Below are positions 27,201 to 39,800 of a stretch of DNA of 64,000 nucleotides, piece after piece. The translations under genes were made by a program, and so were the position numbers. How positions within the stretch are numbered: the stretch's first letter is position 1; each line of letters starts with the position of its first letter. This DNA comes from Ophelia neglecta (taxonomy: Eukaryota): the NCBI GenBank assembly GCA_965285935.1, contig OZ260663.1, positions 49,662,001-49,726,000 of the forward strand. The letters are read 5' to 3'. The notes under the pieces are model-generated. The model saw nothing but the letters and a program-made list of their open reading frames with translations, was not told where the DNA came from and ran no database searches.

Positions 27201-30200
27201 GTGAAGAATGTTAGGTTTAGTTGCCAGTCATTAACATCGGTAAGACCTCAATTTTATTCAATTCAAACATTCGCTCTGTTTATGTAACGGTGAGTGGCAA
27301 CAGAAGTCAAACTTGATTAAGGCCCAACTCTTCTGAAGATTTCACTGCCATTTATCAGTGTGCCGCTCGAGTTGAAGCGTCATCTGTCGGTGAAGCTTGA
27401 AATTTCAATGAGGTTTCCTTTGTTACTCAGCAACAAGGATTGACCATGGAAATTATGCCTGAGGCTTTTTCGATGGATTTTTTCCAGATAGGCGCACGCG
27501 AAAACATTGAATAAGATCAGAGGGCTCTATATTTTTTCATTAAGGAGATATCACAACCTCTATAAAATGTAGTGACATTACTGTTATTTTGATCTATAAT
27601 AGAAGCATGTCAAGCTATAATCACCCTTCACTGACAAAACTGCCTTTCATCAGGTTATGTATATGTCCCCATACAACATTAAATGGTTGTAAAAGCTTAC
27701 TGGGCTGGTAAAGGTTAAACTTACAACGTGATGCGGTTTTTTTACACTCCACGGGAGCAAGGTACTGTGAGTTTCAAGTGGTTTATGTGCGGAAATAATT
27801 GGCAATTTTCGTCCACTGTCATCGGTATATAAGCAATACAACATCTGAAGTGGCTGTCGATTTCCATTGAAACCCGGCATTAGGTTGACAAGGATTCGGT
27901 CTCGACAAACGCAAAGGTGACACTGTTTTTCAGCTAACTTATTAAGACATGGAGCCTCGAAGAGATAAAAAGCCAGAGGGGTCAAAATGTGTCTGTTCTA
28001 TAAGCTAACTTGACAATTTTATCAAAAGGATGGGGTTATGTGACGGAATTTACACGGCAACATCTCGGCGTGACCCTAATGTATAGCACTCACTGTATTA
28101 TAAGAAGGCTATCAAATAAAACCATTTTTCATCCATTTGCGAGGTGTTAATATGGACATTAACTGCCGGCAATCGTTTGCCAAAGAGTGTATTGCTTTCA
28201 CGAGCAATTGTGCAATATCCAAACATAAATATAACAACAGCAAGCCATACAGAGAGACAATTTAAGGGGCAAATGTCGTTGGTTAATGAGATCTAATCAC
28301 GCAAAACTCATCGGCGGATTGTTCCACTGGTGTTAAGGGGGCGAATCCCCAACACCTTAAGAATAATTTCATTTCTAAACATCACAGAGATTCCGCACAA
28401 TACTGAGTTAGACGTGAAAGGCAAAAATAATAAAAATAATAACAATAATAACTGCTGACAAGCACGCGATTTGATCAAAGGAGAACATTCATGAGGTATG
28501 CCTGGATCACCGGTAGCTGAGCCTTTTCATGAGCAATTTAAAGGCCAAATTGTGTCAAGTTCTGTTACTGAAATGAACCTGAAACCGTTTCTTAATTACA
28601 CAGCGTGTAACTTTTTTGAAATCTGTGATGAAATTGCGCTAACCTATTGCAATGAAGGCCAAGCACACGGATATATGAAGGCGACAAAGGCGGCAATATA
28701 GTTATGAGTGCGTACATCTGCTGGGCTTCTATACTGTAATATTAATAAATAATAATTCTGAGAGCTCAAATTAAGATGGGTAGACACTCATAGTAAGACA
28801 ATTAAGCACAACAGGCAGGACCCTCGGCTAAATAAAATTCTTCAGGAAATCTTGCAAAATAACATTTACCCATCTACAATCTGTCTTATGATAATGCAAG
28901 GCGTCAATATGTTCATTTCGTTAGAAAGCACAGAAAAAGAACGCGCTTTAAACGTGTCTTTATAGCGAAGTTATTGCCGATAGGGCAAGCTTAGGTAATG
29001 ACACAAGTTAGCCTACGCAGGCAACTTTCGCATATAAAATATTAATACAAATATACAAAGATCTTCCTGCAGGCGTGCTTAATCCCGTTCTATGGAAAAA
29101 ACATCTTGTGGAGTCTTAATGCTGGAATATTGCAATTGCAAATGTAGAATTGTTTCGCCTCTCCACGTTTGGCGAGTATCATTTGCTTTCTATTCCGGAT
29201 ATCAGCGTATTAAAAGATTAGTCATCACATAATGAAAAGAAAGACATCAAACTGATTTTCATACAATCCGTCGTCTTGTAAACACCTTTCATCTATCTTC
29301 ACAAAGGGAGTGGTATTAGATACAAAAATAAATTAAATCTTGCAATAGAAAAGCGCTCAGCGGATTGTCTGAATGTAATATCGATAATTGTTATTGCTGT
29401 GGTATGAGAAGCACAAAAGACTTTGTGTATGGCAGCTCATAAATATCATGTATGTATAAATTGCTAAATCCCCGGAGATTGAAGTATTATTTCTCGTGGG
29501 AATCAGCCGATTATTTTATCATGTGCCGTCCGATAAGACCTCATCAGGGCCGTTACAGACCTAATGAATTCACGCCAATACGACACGGTAGCTTTTAGCG
29601 AAATCAAAATTGTAGTAGATGTTTGAAATGCCCTGAGGGGGCGAATGGATTTAGGGAGGGACCCCCATGTTTCCAGTTCCTCATCGCCCATCCCTACAAC
29701 ACGTGTCTAATACCAACCAGATTTCACTAAAACCGTGAAGAGATCTTAGCCGGGAGCTAGGTGGTTGATAAACAAATGGCTGGATAAAAGTGTGGGAAAA
29801 TACAACTTAGGATACCACATCCCAGCAAGATGAAAATGATCCATTTGATCGTCTGCCTTGATGTGCAGGAGCAGCAAAACAACATTTGCATAATATTCCA
29901 TTCGAGGTTTTGTTGCTCCACAAGGGGTGTAGGAGGCGACGGATGTAGGAATGGGAGGGAAAATATATTGAATATCAGGAACAGTTCACTACTTAAGTGG
30001 CTGGCACTGTCGGAGATTCCGGAATGGAAAACTGATCCGTGAAAAGTTGATTTAGTCTGTCGATCCCGGGGAGTGATTGTAAGAGGGTGGAAGGAGAGTT
30101 GGGTCTCTCGCTGAGCGCTATGGCGGCCCCATGGGCTCGGGGAATGGTGGACATGTGCGTCGGTGTTCTCTCGCTACCAACCCCCGGAGAGAGCTTGATC

Positions 30201-32602
30201 AGGTCGGCATGGCTACAGAGAATCTCTCGACAGGCCTCTAATAAATTCTGCCCCACACGAAAATTTGATGGCATTCACACGTGTAATGAGACTGACGGTT
30301 TTCTGAGTACCGTGAACATGACAGAGGCAGTGAACTTTGCCACTATCCCTCCTTTACCTGTGTACAACAAGGTGACTAGTCACTGTCCTAGAAGCGTCAA
30401 GTTATTAGCAATTAAAGAGAACGACTAGGCCAGGCCTATGTCGGTTTACAGTCCCAAGAAACCCACCCCAGCCTTTAGCTGTCTCAACCCACTCGACAAG
30501 TACGCAATATTAAGCGATGCATCATAGCTGTTACATTTACTAGACAAAAAGGAGAATAAGAATACTGACGGCTTTATCAGAGGTAGCTGGGAGGACCGGG
30601 TGAGCGACATGATAATGGTCTTTCATGTTGGCCCAGCTTATCAACCCTATTAAAAGGCGGTAGACTATCCTCTAACTGGTTACCCGGCTACTCTTTTCTC
30701 TGGTTCGCCATACACGCAACGGGCTTAATATGATTAGGTTTTCGTGGACCGGACCCTTTGTTTAGGCACAATCCACTCTTTAATATAGCCACCTTGCCAT
30801 CAAAGACACTTCTGTGTTTTCATACAATACGATGCAGCTTATCATGTTTGATTTATGCAGTTTTATTAAACAGAATTGCCACAACATACTTGACTAATAA
30901 TGAGACAACATCCGTAAGCCTGCGCAATCCCCTTCAGCCCAGCGCCCTGGTGATATCTTTTACTTCAGGCGAGTGTCTGTCTTGTATCTATATAGGCCTA
31001 GTCAATGAAAGATGCCATTGTGTTCAATGAAGTACGCCAAATGATGAACGAATCCACAATAGGCCTAATGGTCATTTATAAAGATCCACACTCATTGACA
31101 TGTATACCTAGGCCTGAAGGCCTACCAATAATGTGTTAGAAATAAAGCAATGCATTGGCCCGTTAATGTCATAACCGAAAAAGTACGTATATGGGTGACG
31201 CCACTGTATGCAGAAGTTCGGCATTTGCCTTTAATAAATGGGAATAAGGATCTGCAGCTAGATTCAGCGTAGGCCCACACTGACATGTATGAAGCGTGTT
31301 GCCAAACGTGCAAGTTCGCCTCACTAGGCCCATGGGGAACTTATTTATCATATAAATTCATTCATTTAGCTTTCAAGAATCACATAATTTAAAATTGGCC
31401 TACCTTGAGTATTTTGATTTTCGCTGATTGTAGGTCAAATAGCCATGTCGCCTGGTTTCCTCGCCAGATTGCCTGGTAGATCTCCTCGGTAGTTCCGTAC
31501 TATCAATCATTGACCTGCCCAGCGAATCCCAGCTCTCCCGACGTCTGGCCAGAATCCCAATCAGTCTCCTCCATATTGCGTGCGTAATTCAGTCATTTCC
31601 CGAGTTTGTCTTCATTAACCTGCGGACTGGAAACCTCCTGGAAAATCTTACGGTTGTACGGAAATAACTTAGAAAGTTGAAAGGGATTTTGTGGATTGAC
31701 ACAAAATTAGGAACAAATTAAAAGGCTGTTCCCGTTGTGTCTCCACGAGGGAAATTAAAATGCATTGTGCCATCTTTCTACTTCTGATTTACCTTGATGT
31801 TTGTAGGAAACAAGGAAAGAGTAGGACTATTAGTTTCTCACAAATTATATTGCTCTACTGCGAACCATCAAATTGGCCATCATGATAACGGTACAATGTA
31901 AAATCATGGAATAATTCGGTGAATATAATTTACAAGACACAACTGATAATCATTTAGGGGCAAAAAAATTAGTAAGTGTCCTTACCATTTTAATGTATAA
32001 GTTGTAGGAGAGAGACATAGATAAGCAAACACTCAGCTTAAATATATTCAGCTATACAACAAGCTAAAAAGCAATAGCAGTTATTAAGTTATCAAAGCGA
32101 ATTTATGAATTGAGTTGTGGAATGCCGAGAAGTGGCACATATATTAGGTAACATTACTACAGAATATGAAGTTTGTCTTCCTGGTGAATTACAGAGCTAT
32201 TCAATTAAAATATTTTTATTTTAATAAACACGTAGGCCATACGTTTCTTATTTTAGACTACTGACTTATATTAGAACTACTGAATTGTAGGTTATTATAT
32301 ACAGATATGTCTTACCTCATTACTTATACACATTTACCGAGAGTCCAAATTCCAAAAGATTTTAAAATCAGAAGTAAGGCGTAGGCCTAAACATCTACAT
32401 GTTATAGATCAGAGCGTATATATATTCCATCAAGGTGTGATTTTTTTCGCGATGGGTTAAGGCTAGCCTGTAGGGGCTTTATACTGAAACAGTCTATATA
32501 CTTTAAGAAGAAGCGATTATCTCTTTCTCACTAAAAAATATTAGGCTTACTATGAATGGTTTGAAAAACTAAGATGAAATCGAATTTTCAATTTTCGATT
32601 GA

Positions 32603-32608
32603 TTTATT
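32603..32608 (-). terminator. Candidate polyadenylation signal for FoxD (3'UTR about 1.2 kb)
   Basis: First canonical AATAAA noticed on the minus strand downstream of the stop; an alternative lies at 32215-32220. Confidence 0.35.
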
Positions 32609-33805
32609 ACTCACATGAGTCGTTTCAACCAAGTACAGCAACATATACATGTATGGGCCAATGCCAATTACAATTTACTAACAATATAGCTTATCAATTA
32701 ATGATGACTTTCTGACACCACGACTCAAAGTATTAATGATGACTTAGAGCACAGCCATTGGTCTGAGATCTGTTTCATAAATTTAGCAAACATCATGAGA
32801 ATTAAACCAACACTGACAGACATTTCCCACTGATCAGGGATTTCTTAACAGATTGTATCACTAGCCGGTCTAAATCTAGTGTCTCGGGCAAAAAAATGAA
32901 AAAAGGGCCCTTTGAGGGTTTAAAGGATGTTTCTACAAAAAAATTCTTAAATGTGTTCTTTATACGGGGGTTTATGTAACTATAATTGCTCTAATTGCTG
33001 CATGGTGAATTTCATATATTTACTCGTTACAATGAATAACTGATTAAAGTAGAGCTTGACATAATTTATACATATATATGCTTAATTTATATACCATTAA
33101 CAAGCATACAACTTATGAAATAACATACTTTCGCTCAACCATGCACTAACAATAATTATTGTTGCTTTCCAACTTCTATCTACATGAAATGTACAATGTT
33201 TTTGAGGGTAATCCAAATTTGTGCGTTTTTACACACAGACCTCTCCCCATCTTTGGCACAAGACAATATTAATTTGAATACATTAATACATGCATTTTAT
33301 AACAACACATTTGGCAGCACTATACAGTGGGTAGGACTATCTAATATAACGAAGAGGTAGGTTTTGGGGAAATAAAACCAGATAGCTGAAACTTGTTTAT
33401 ATTATCTCCTCATTGTTCAATATAGTTAAAATGAAGTTGGCTACATGCAGTTACTATAAAACTAAGTGGCTGACCATTTGAAGCACATGCAGGTTAAAAT
33501 TTAAATAAGACCCGATGAAAACTTCGGAGCGACATTAATTTTATGCCTACAAGCCTGCTGCTGCAGTTTACAGTCCATTACTGTTCATTATTGAGACCTT
33601 AGAGTTCTCCAGTCTATTATTTCTGCATGTATTGGGCCATGCAACTCCATGAGAGTGCAGCGAACAAATTACTTAATATGATAACAGCCACAAAACAGTT
33701 AATAATAAGTTATGCCTTACTTACATAGTTGAAAATGCCTTTACCGGCGGAATATGTAATTATTGGCAATCAGTGAAGCACAGTGTGAAATATGTACAAT
33801 CTGTC

Positions 33806-35479
33806 CTATCTTGGCCACATTGCCGGTATGGTGGTACAATGTTGCATGAATTGTCTATATTTCTCGAGGTCGACTGGGTGTGGACCGGGGCCCGGCATTC
33901 CGAGGGGGTGATTAAAAGCCGTGCCGGGGGCGAGAGCATGGGCCCGGGCCAGTTCGAGTGGTATTCGCAGAGATGAAGCGAGGCTCGGTAGATTGACTAG
34001 CGGGTTTACTGGGTGTCCGGAGAACGCCGCCATAGAGACTTGGGGTCGGAGGCCTGGCATCCCTTGACCGACGGTTAACATCTTGCCTTCTCGGAATGAT
34101 AGCCCGGCACTTGACGTCCTAGGGGGAGAAGTGGGATGGCTTGGGGACGGCGAACTTTTGGGGGGCTCCTTGTTTCCGATTATGCTGTCAATGGAGAACT
34201 TGGACGTGTGTAGAGACTGCGATGACACAGGAGGAGACACTTTCTTTTCCGTATTTTCGCTTTGTTCCTGCTTGGCAGCGGCGGCTAGAGCTGTCAAACT
34301 GCTAGAGCTGGCGTTGGCCTGTCCGGCAGAATGAGGCGGAAACGGAAATGGCATACCTGGAGGCATAGCGGGCGAGAGGGGGGTGCGAGCCATCTCGCTC
34401 GGAGGCAACATTCCCATACGTGGGGGCAGTGGTGGCATGTACTGGAAATGAAAGCCGGGTTGAGGCACTCCGCCCGAGTGTTGTCCGATGAACGCAGGGT
34501 GATTGCCCATCAAAAAGTCAGGGCCAGCCATGAACGCGGTTGGTTGCTGTAACATGTCAGGAGTGTGCCTTTTGAAACGTTTTCTTCTCCGTAAAAAAGA
34601 GCCATTATCAAACATATCTTCAGAGGCCGGGTCAAGAGTCCAATAATTACCCTTTCCCGGGTTGCCGGGCTCACGAGGAATTTTTATGAAACAGTCATTC
34701 AAGCTCAAGTTGTGTCGTATACTGTTCTGCCATGCCGGAAAGCGCTCCCGATAATATGGAAATCTGTTCATAATGAATTCGCAAATCCCGCTAAGGGTAA
34801 GTCTTTTCTGGTTTGACTGGAGTATTGACATCGTAATTAGCGCAATATAGCTGTAAGGTGGTTTGACTATATTGCTCTTCCCCGGCTTCTTGTTGGGGGA
34901 GTCCGAACACGTCCCGTCTTGCGAATCGTCGCTGTCGTCCTTAGAACCGGTATTATCTAAACAGTCTTCGTCCGTATGACTATTGAGGTACTCACCAGCA
35001 AAATTGGCATTGTCTGAATTATCCAAGTACTCGGAGTCCGAGTCCAAAGAATGTCTGCGTTTGAGGCCTCGAGGAGAGGTCTCCAGGCCAGGCTGGGAGT
35101 CGCCCACATGAGCTTCGGCCCGATGGCTGTCAACACCGGAGAGGAACGTAGGAAGTCTTGTCTCAGGATTCATCTGACGTAGGCCTATGTCGTCTTCGTA
35201 GTCGCCCTCAATGTCCAATTCATCCTCCGAAATGTCTTCTGCTTGTTGGTAATCAGTATCACCCGCTTCTACCTTGTTTTCCAGGGAAGAAGGCTGCAGA
35301 GTGGATGATCCCCGCGGGGCAGGCGGTAGCTGCTCTCCGTAATAACTACGGGGCTGACCGACAAGGGCCACCGGGCCATGCTTCTGGTGGTCCATCTCAA
35401 AACGCATCGCGCTGTCTCGCCGATCCAAGCTAAGCATTCGGGATAAACTTGGTGGCACCCTCGCAATATAATCCAGCAT
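33806..35479 (-). CDS. FoxD: Forkhead box D transcription factor (single exon, up to 557 aa)
   Basis: The forkhead domain at about 34568-34870 ([18 protein letters not shown]...[58 protein letters not shown]) is diagnostic of FoxD. There is an acidic N-terminal ELDIEG segment and an eh1 motif FSIDSII (34178-34198). The true start could be Met15 at 35437. Confidence 0.97.
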   Translation of the reverse strand: MLDYIARVPPSLSRMLSLDRRDSAMRFEMDHQKHGPVALVGQPRSYYGEQLPPAPRGSSTLQPSSLENKVEAGDTDYQQAEDISEDELDIEGDYEDDIGLRQMNPETRLPTFLSGVDSHRAEAHVGDSQPGLETSPRGLKRRHSLDSDSEYLDNSDNANFAGEYLNSHTDEDCLDNTGSKDDSDDSQDGTCSDSPNKKPGKSNIVKPPYSYIALITMSILQSNQKRLTLSGICEFIMNRFPYYRERFPAWQNSIRHNLSLNDCFIKIPREPGNPGKGNYWTLDPASEDMFDNGSFLRRRKRFKRHTPDMLQQPTAFMAGPDFLMGNHPAFIGQHSGGVPQPGFHFQYMPPLPPRMGMLPPSEMARTPLSPAMPPGMPFPFPPHSAGQANASSSSLTALAAAAKQEQSENTEKKVSPPVSSQSLHTSKFSIDSIIGNKEPPKSSPSPSHPTSPPRTSSAGLSFREGKMLTVGQGMPGLRPQVSMAAFSGHPVNPLVNLPSLASSLRIPLELARAHALAPGTAFNHPLGMPGPGPHPVDLEKYRQFMQHCTTIPAMWPR

Positions 35480-35839
35480 AAAAAGGGTAGACTTGGAACG
35501 GATAGTCTCACTGTTTATACCTGACAGTTTTCCAAAAGGTACTCGCTAAATGTCACGAAATCTTCCGCGTCTTGTCAGCTTGATTGTCCCAGGCTGTTTA
35601 ATAGGCCAACGACTCGTTTGAATTTAGAGCAACATAGCTGATGTCTAGTCGAAGTCACCATAAACCACGTTTTCCTGCCTAATAACTTTAGGACATAATC
35701 TGCAGTGACCTGCGCTCTCGGGAGTTTTGACGAACCGACTGACTTCTGGAGAGCCAGGAGTACAATAATATTAGTATGTGAGGGTGTTGGGCACAAACGG
35801 CGGCACGGGATCAGCGCAACTCGCTAGCTATGGCAGGAA

Positions 35840-35915
35840 GACTTCTGATTGGCGGACTAAAATCAATATGGACGCCCATTTGTGTCACGTGGCCTACTCG
35901 GTAGCTCAGTGGGAA
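35840..35915 (-). promoter_or_regulatory. FoxD proximal promoter: CCAAT (NF-Y) box, CACGTG E-box and a GTGGGAA CSL-core motif
   Basis: On the minus strand, GCCAATCAG spans about 35845-35853, a CACGTG lies at 35886-35891 and GTGGGAA at about 35909-35915. The context is CpG-rich and about 370-430 bp upstream of the ATG. Confidence 0.5.
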
Positions 35916-36569
35916 TGCGATCAGGATTTCCATATCAATGCATCAAAGGCAACGAGACACGCCTCCTTACTATCAGATGTAACAAGCGATATACACAGTG
36001 GAAATGGGCTACATGCGTGGTCCAATTAAGCAATTGGTTTACTGGAGATCACAGTATGATAGGCCCTGTAATAAAATTTTCTTTGGCCTGGAAGTTACAC
36101 ATACGATAGGCTGCCATGGAAGAACATGACTGTAGATTAGGCAATACATGTTTTATTTGTAATTTGGTATATCAAACCCAATATAATTAGACCTATGGAC
36201 TTATTCACTTCAGAAGCTAATTAATAACACAATGTAGATTGGTCATTATCAATGGTCTCGTAAAAAAATAAACACATTTCAATTAGGAAGTACATTGCTG
36301 GAGGACCACGACCCTCATTATTTTGTCCTGTATTCCTAGTACAGTCCCCGGGCTATTGGTCAACTATTTGAAAATAGAATGAAGTTTAGGGCCTTCAGAT
36401 AACTTAGTAACATAGAATGGTTCTTAATAAGTAAGAAACCACAACATAAATTAGCTACGGCTAGATTATATGCTCCCAGGCAAGTTGCAAGCTTTTGCTC
36501 TTACATAGAACATAATTATTTAAAAAATATAAAATAAACTGTTATGATATTGAGGCCTTTCTATGCCAA

Positions 36570-36830
36570 AATTGAGACCAGAGAGTTTGCCAGCGAACAT
36601 TGTCAGAAGATGCATGGTAATCTATTCACTGAAAGCCGGACAAAATGTAACACGTTGCCAATAGATTAGGTCAGACACTCTGTTTCAAACAACTAGATTA
36701 TACCAAAGTCATTCTTTGTAAGAATGTATCACAAAGTAACATTTGATCGGCTTAATCAATGAAAGGGTATATAGAACAGTAAAAGAATATTCCATACATG
36801 CTCAAAACTTTCAGGTTGGTTTCAAATGGC
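36570..36830 (+). repeat. Degenerate dispersed repeat, copy 3 of 3
   Basis: Contains GAGACCAGA...AGATTAGGTCAG...TGTTTCAA...CTTTGTAAGAATGTATCACAAAGTAACATTTGATCGG. Confidence 0.65.
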
Positions 36831-39800
36831 AATACAGTCTAGGATTCTTCGTGGAAGGAAACACAACATATACTGTATATAAACCTATATAGGCCAATAT
36901 ATGCTACAAATAATTCATCTGCCATCATACACAGTTGCTTGAATATCTGGTTATCTACATTTTAATTAATGGACATGGTTATTCTTTTCAGTTTGGTGTC
37001 TGGTCTTTCCAACTGACTGTAATAGTATCTTCAAGAAGCGGATGGTGATTTGAAGTGGCAATCAGGTAATGTGTCGTCTAGCTCTAATCAAACCATTTGT
37101 TAATCTTTTTTTCCTAATCAAAAGTTGGGTGTTGAGTGGAATGCACCACGTCATAGTAGGAGCCCCTTTAGATATTGTATGTAATAGTAGTCACGAGAGT
37201 GTATTGTTTACTGGTTGTTTTTGGAGAAGTGCGACAGGACGTGGAAGTCTTGGAATTCTAAAGGCAGGATTGTAGACTGAGTTTATTTTGCCCGACTAGC
37301 CTCTTGTCTGTTACACCATGATGAAATGGTTCACACGGAGCTGCTAACTCCGTAGACACAAATGTTGACACAGGGGAATGGACTGTATACCATCATAAAA
37401 GTCAAATATTGCCGTGAATTGTTTTGGCGCGGAACAAAAAAATAAACAACCAGGGGCGCTGAATAAATAAGCACGAGGAAGAAAGATGGATGTGAATCTG
37501 TTGCACACATGTAGTTGGCGGGAGCCAGTTATTTCACTGCCACCCATAGGGAGGCGCAGATCGCCGTCTTACACCCAAATTATCCTCATGTGTTTAGACT
37601 CAAATCCACCGGACTGAAATGGAGCATCTCCTGCCAAGAACTTTCGCCTGTTATTGTAGGGTTAAATGTCCATCCTTCCCACTTACGAAACCATGCTTTT
37701 GGCACGAATAACTGGCAAAGCGCATATATACAAAAACAACTTCTCAAATATCTGTAATAATATTCAAGAGTTTGTATCAAACTGTATGTCTGTGGCTTGC
37801 CCGTTTCTGATTGGTTTTGGGAGTTTTTTATCTTGCTGTTTATAAAGTTTGAAAATACCGGTAACCCTGGAATGGCTTTCTAAACAGCAAACCAAATCAA
37901 ATTTTTAACCAAGGCAATATTTCTTTCAAGTAACAAAACATGTAAGTATTTCAGGACACGGGGACAGATGTTTGAAACATAATGTTTATTCTGTTAAGGC
38001 ATTTGTTTATGCGAGACACGTTTAGTGGTGATGGATTTGACTGGCTGCAGAGGTATAGAGCATTAATGTGAACAACATTAAGACTATAGAATCTAAAGGC
38101 ATATACATCCACAGTATAGAGTGTATACAATATTTATATTATACGCTAAAGGTCCATTGTATGAAATGAGAATAACAATAGATTAGGGTTTTCTCTTCTT
38201 GGGAGTCGGAAACGACCTTACAATATATGTTAGCTGACGGAGGAAGAGAGGTCGGAGGTATAAAGCCTTACAAACAGCTCTCCCTGGTCAAATAGGCTAG
38301 AAGTTTTGCACACTTTTAAACCGCGCATCTTCAAACGAGGACTTCCTTCTCCATTTAAATTTTAAACTTTTCAAACAATCATTAGGCCTGTTCTTAAAAT
38401 AAAAGAGAGTTTATATATATATATAGAAGATTACGATTATGTAAACTTGTTATCGTTTCCGACTGAACCTGTGAAAAAAACACCTGAATGCCCAAATTGG
38501 TGAAAACATAAGCCCAGCTGTATGTTCAAGCCGGCCTGTATATAGTCTACAATAACTGAGTTGGAGTTCTCTGGCTGCGCTGTGTTAACTATGAATGAGA
38601 AACTTGAAATATAGGCCTATACAAACGCTGGTGTAATCGCTAATTGGCCATTATATTTATTTGAATTTACACGGATTCAGTAAAAAATCGATTTAACATG
38701 GCAGCTAAATGCCTTGTATTCCCTCACCTAGTAACTGGACGTATAGCGTGTTCAACTTTTAGTAAAAACAACAGTCCTATAGCCTGTATCAAATGACATT
38801 TTAGAATTAAAACTAGGAGCCCTGACATTCGACAGAACAACGAGAAGCAACTAACATTGAATTGTTTTGTTATCCACTAAATGAAATATTTCCCCTGTAC
38901 TACTACCATTAGTTACATTTAAAGGCGAGTGTATTTATAAATAGATCTCTACTCCTAATACTAATGAATGTAGCTGTAATTAGCATTGTGTGTGATGTTC
39001 TATGCTTGCGTAGGTCTATATATATGTTATTAATAAACAATAACAACATCTTCTATTACCTTAAACCTTTGGACTATAGGTGATGATATGTCGACAAATC
39101 TCCATTTTCGTAATTGCGATCGAAATAAAAGTGGCATGTTAGAGTTTACAATTAAAAGCCCTCAAGCCATGAATACTGGCAGAGAAATATTGACTTTGGT
39201 GAAAGTATTTCACTAAGTATCGTGAAGGATATTAATTGTTATTGGAGAGTAGAAACACATGCTTAATTTAACAAGGCTAGTGAATGCAATTATTATAGAA
39301 TTATATATACCTGGGAGATATATAGATTAGGTATATATACTATACATGATATACTTCAACAGGTTATGGCTTGTGCCTTAATAATCTTATAATACTACAA
39401 TAGCCCGGTAATCCTAACTTATTACAAATCTTGAATATTCTGAGAGGTTTCTTTACGAAATTTATCTATTCTTCTTTGATCTTGGGATTAAATCAGAGCA
39501 CCATTGTAATTGTTATCTCAATCCGTATGTTCAGCCAGTAGAAGGATATCAAAATAAGTGGATATTCATATGTGTTACCCTAACCTTTCATCACAAGTGC
39601 CTTAATTAACTAAACCCAGCCCTGAGATTTTGTCAAATTTTATAATATTTGTATACAAATCTCTTTATCTCTGTATTCTAATCACCGCCTCACTAATAAA
39701 TCGTACTAACGACTACCCTTATCAACACACTGATACGACTTGTTGCAACTGTAATGATAATATTTTAATATAAAGTGGTTTAAGTTTGTCATGGATTTGA

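Noticed and set aside
33773-35511. Antisense and alternate-frame ORFs overlapping FoxD
   Set aside because: They are shadows of a GC-rich coding sequence.
35900-35960. tRNA A-box-like TAGCTCAGTGG
   Set aside because: No B-box or cloverleaf follows, and it lies in the FoxD promoter.
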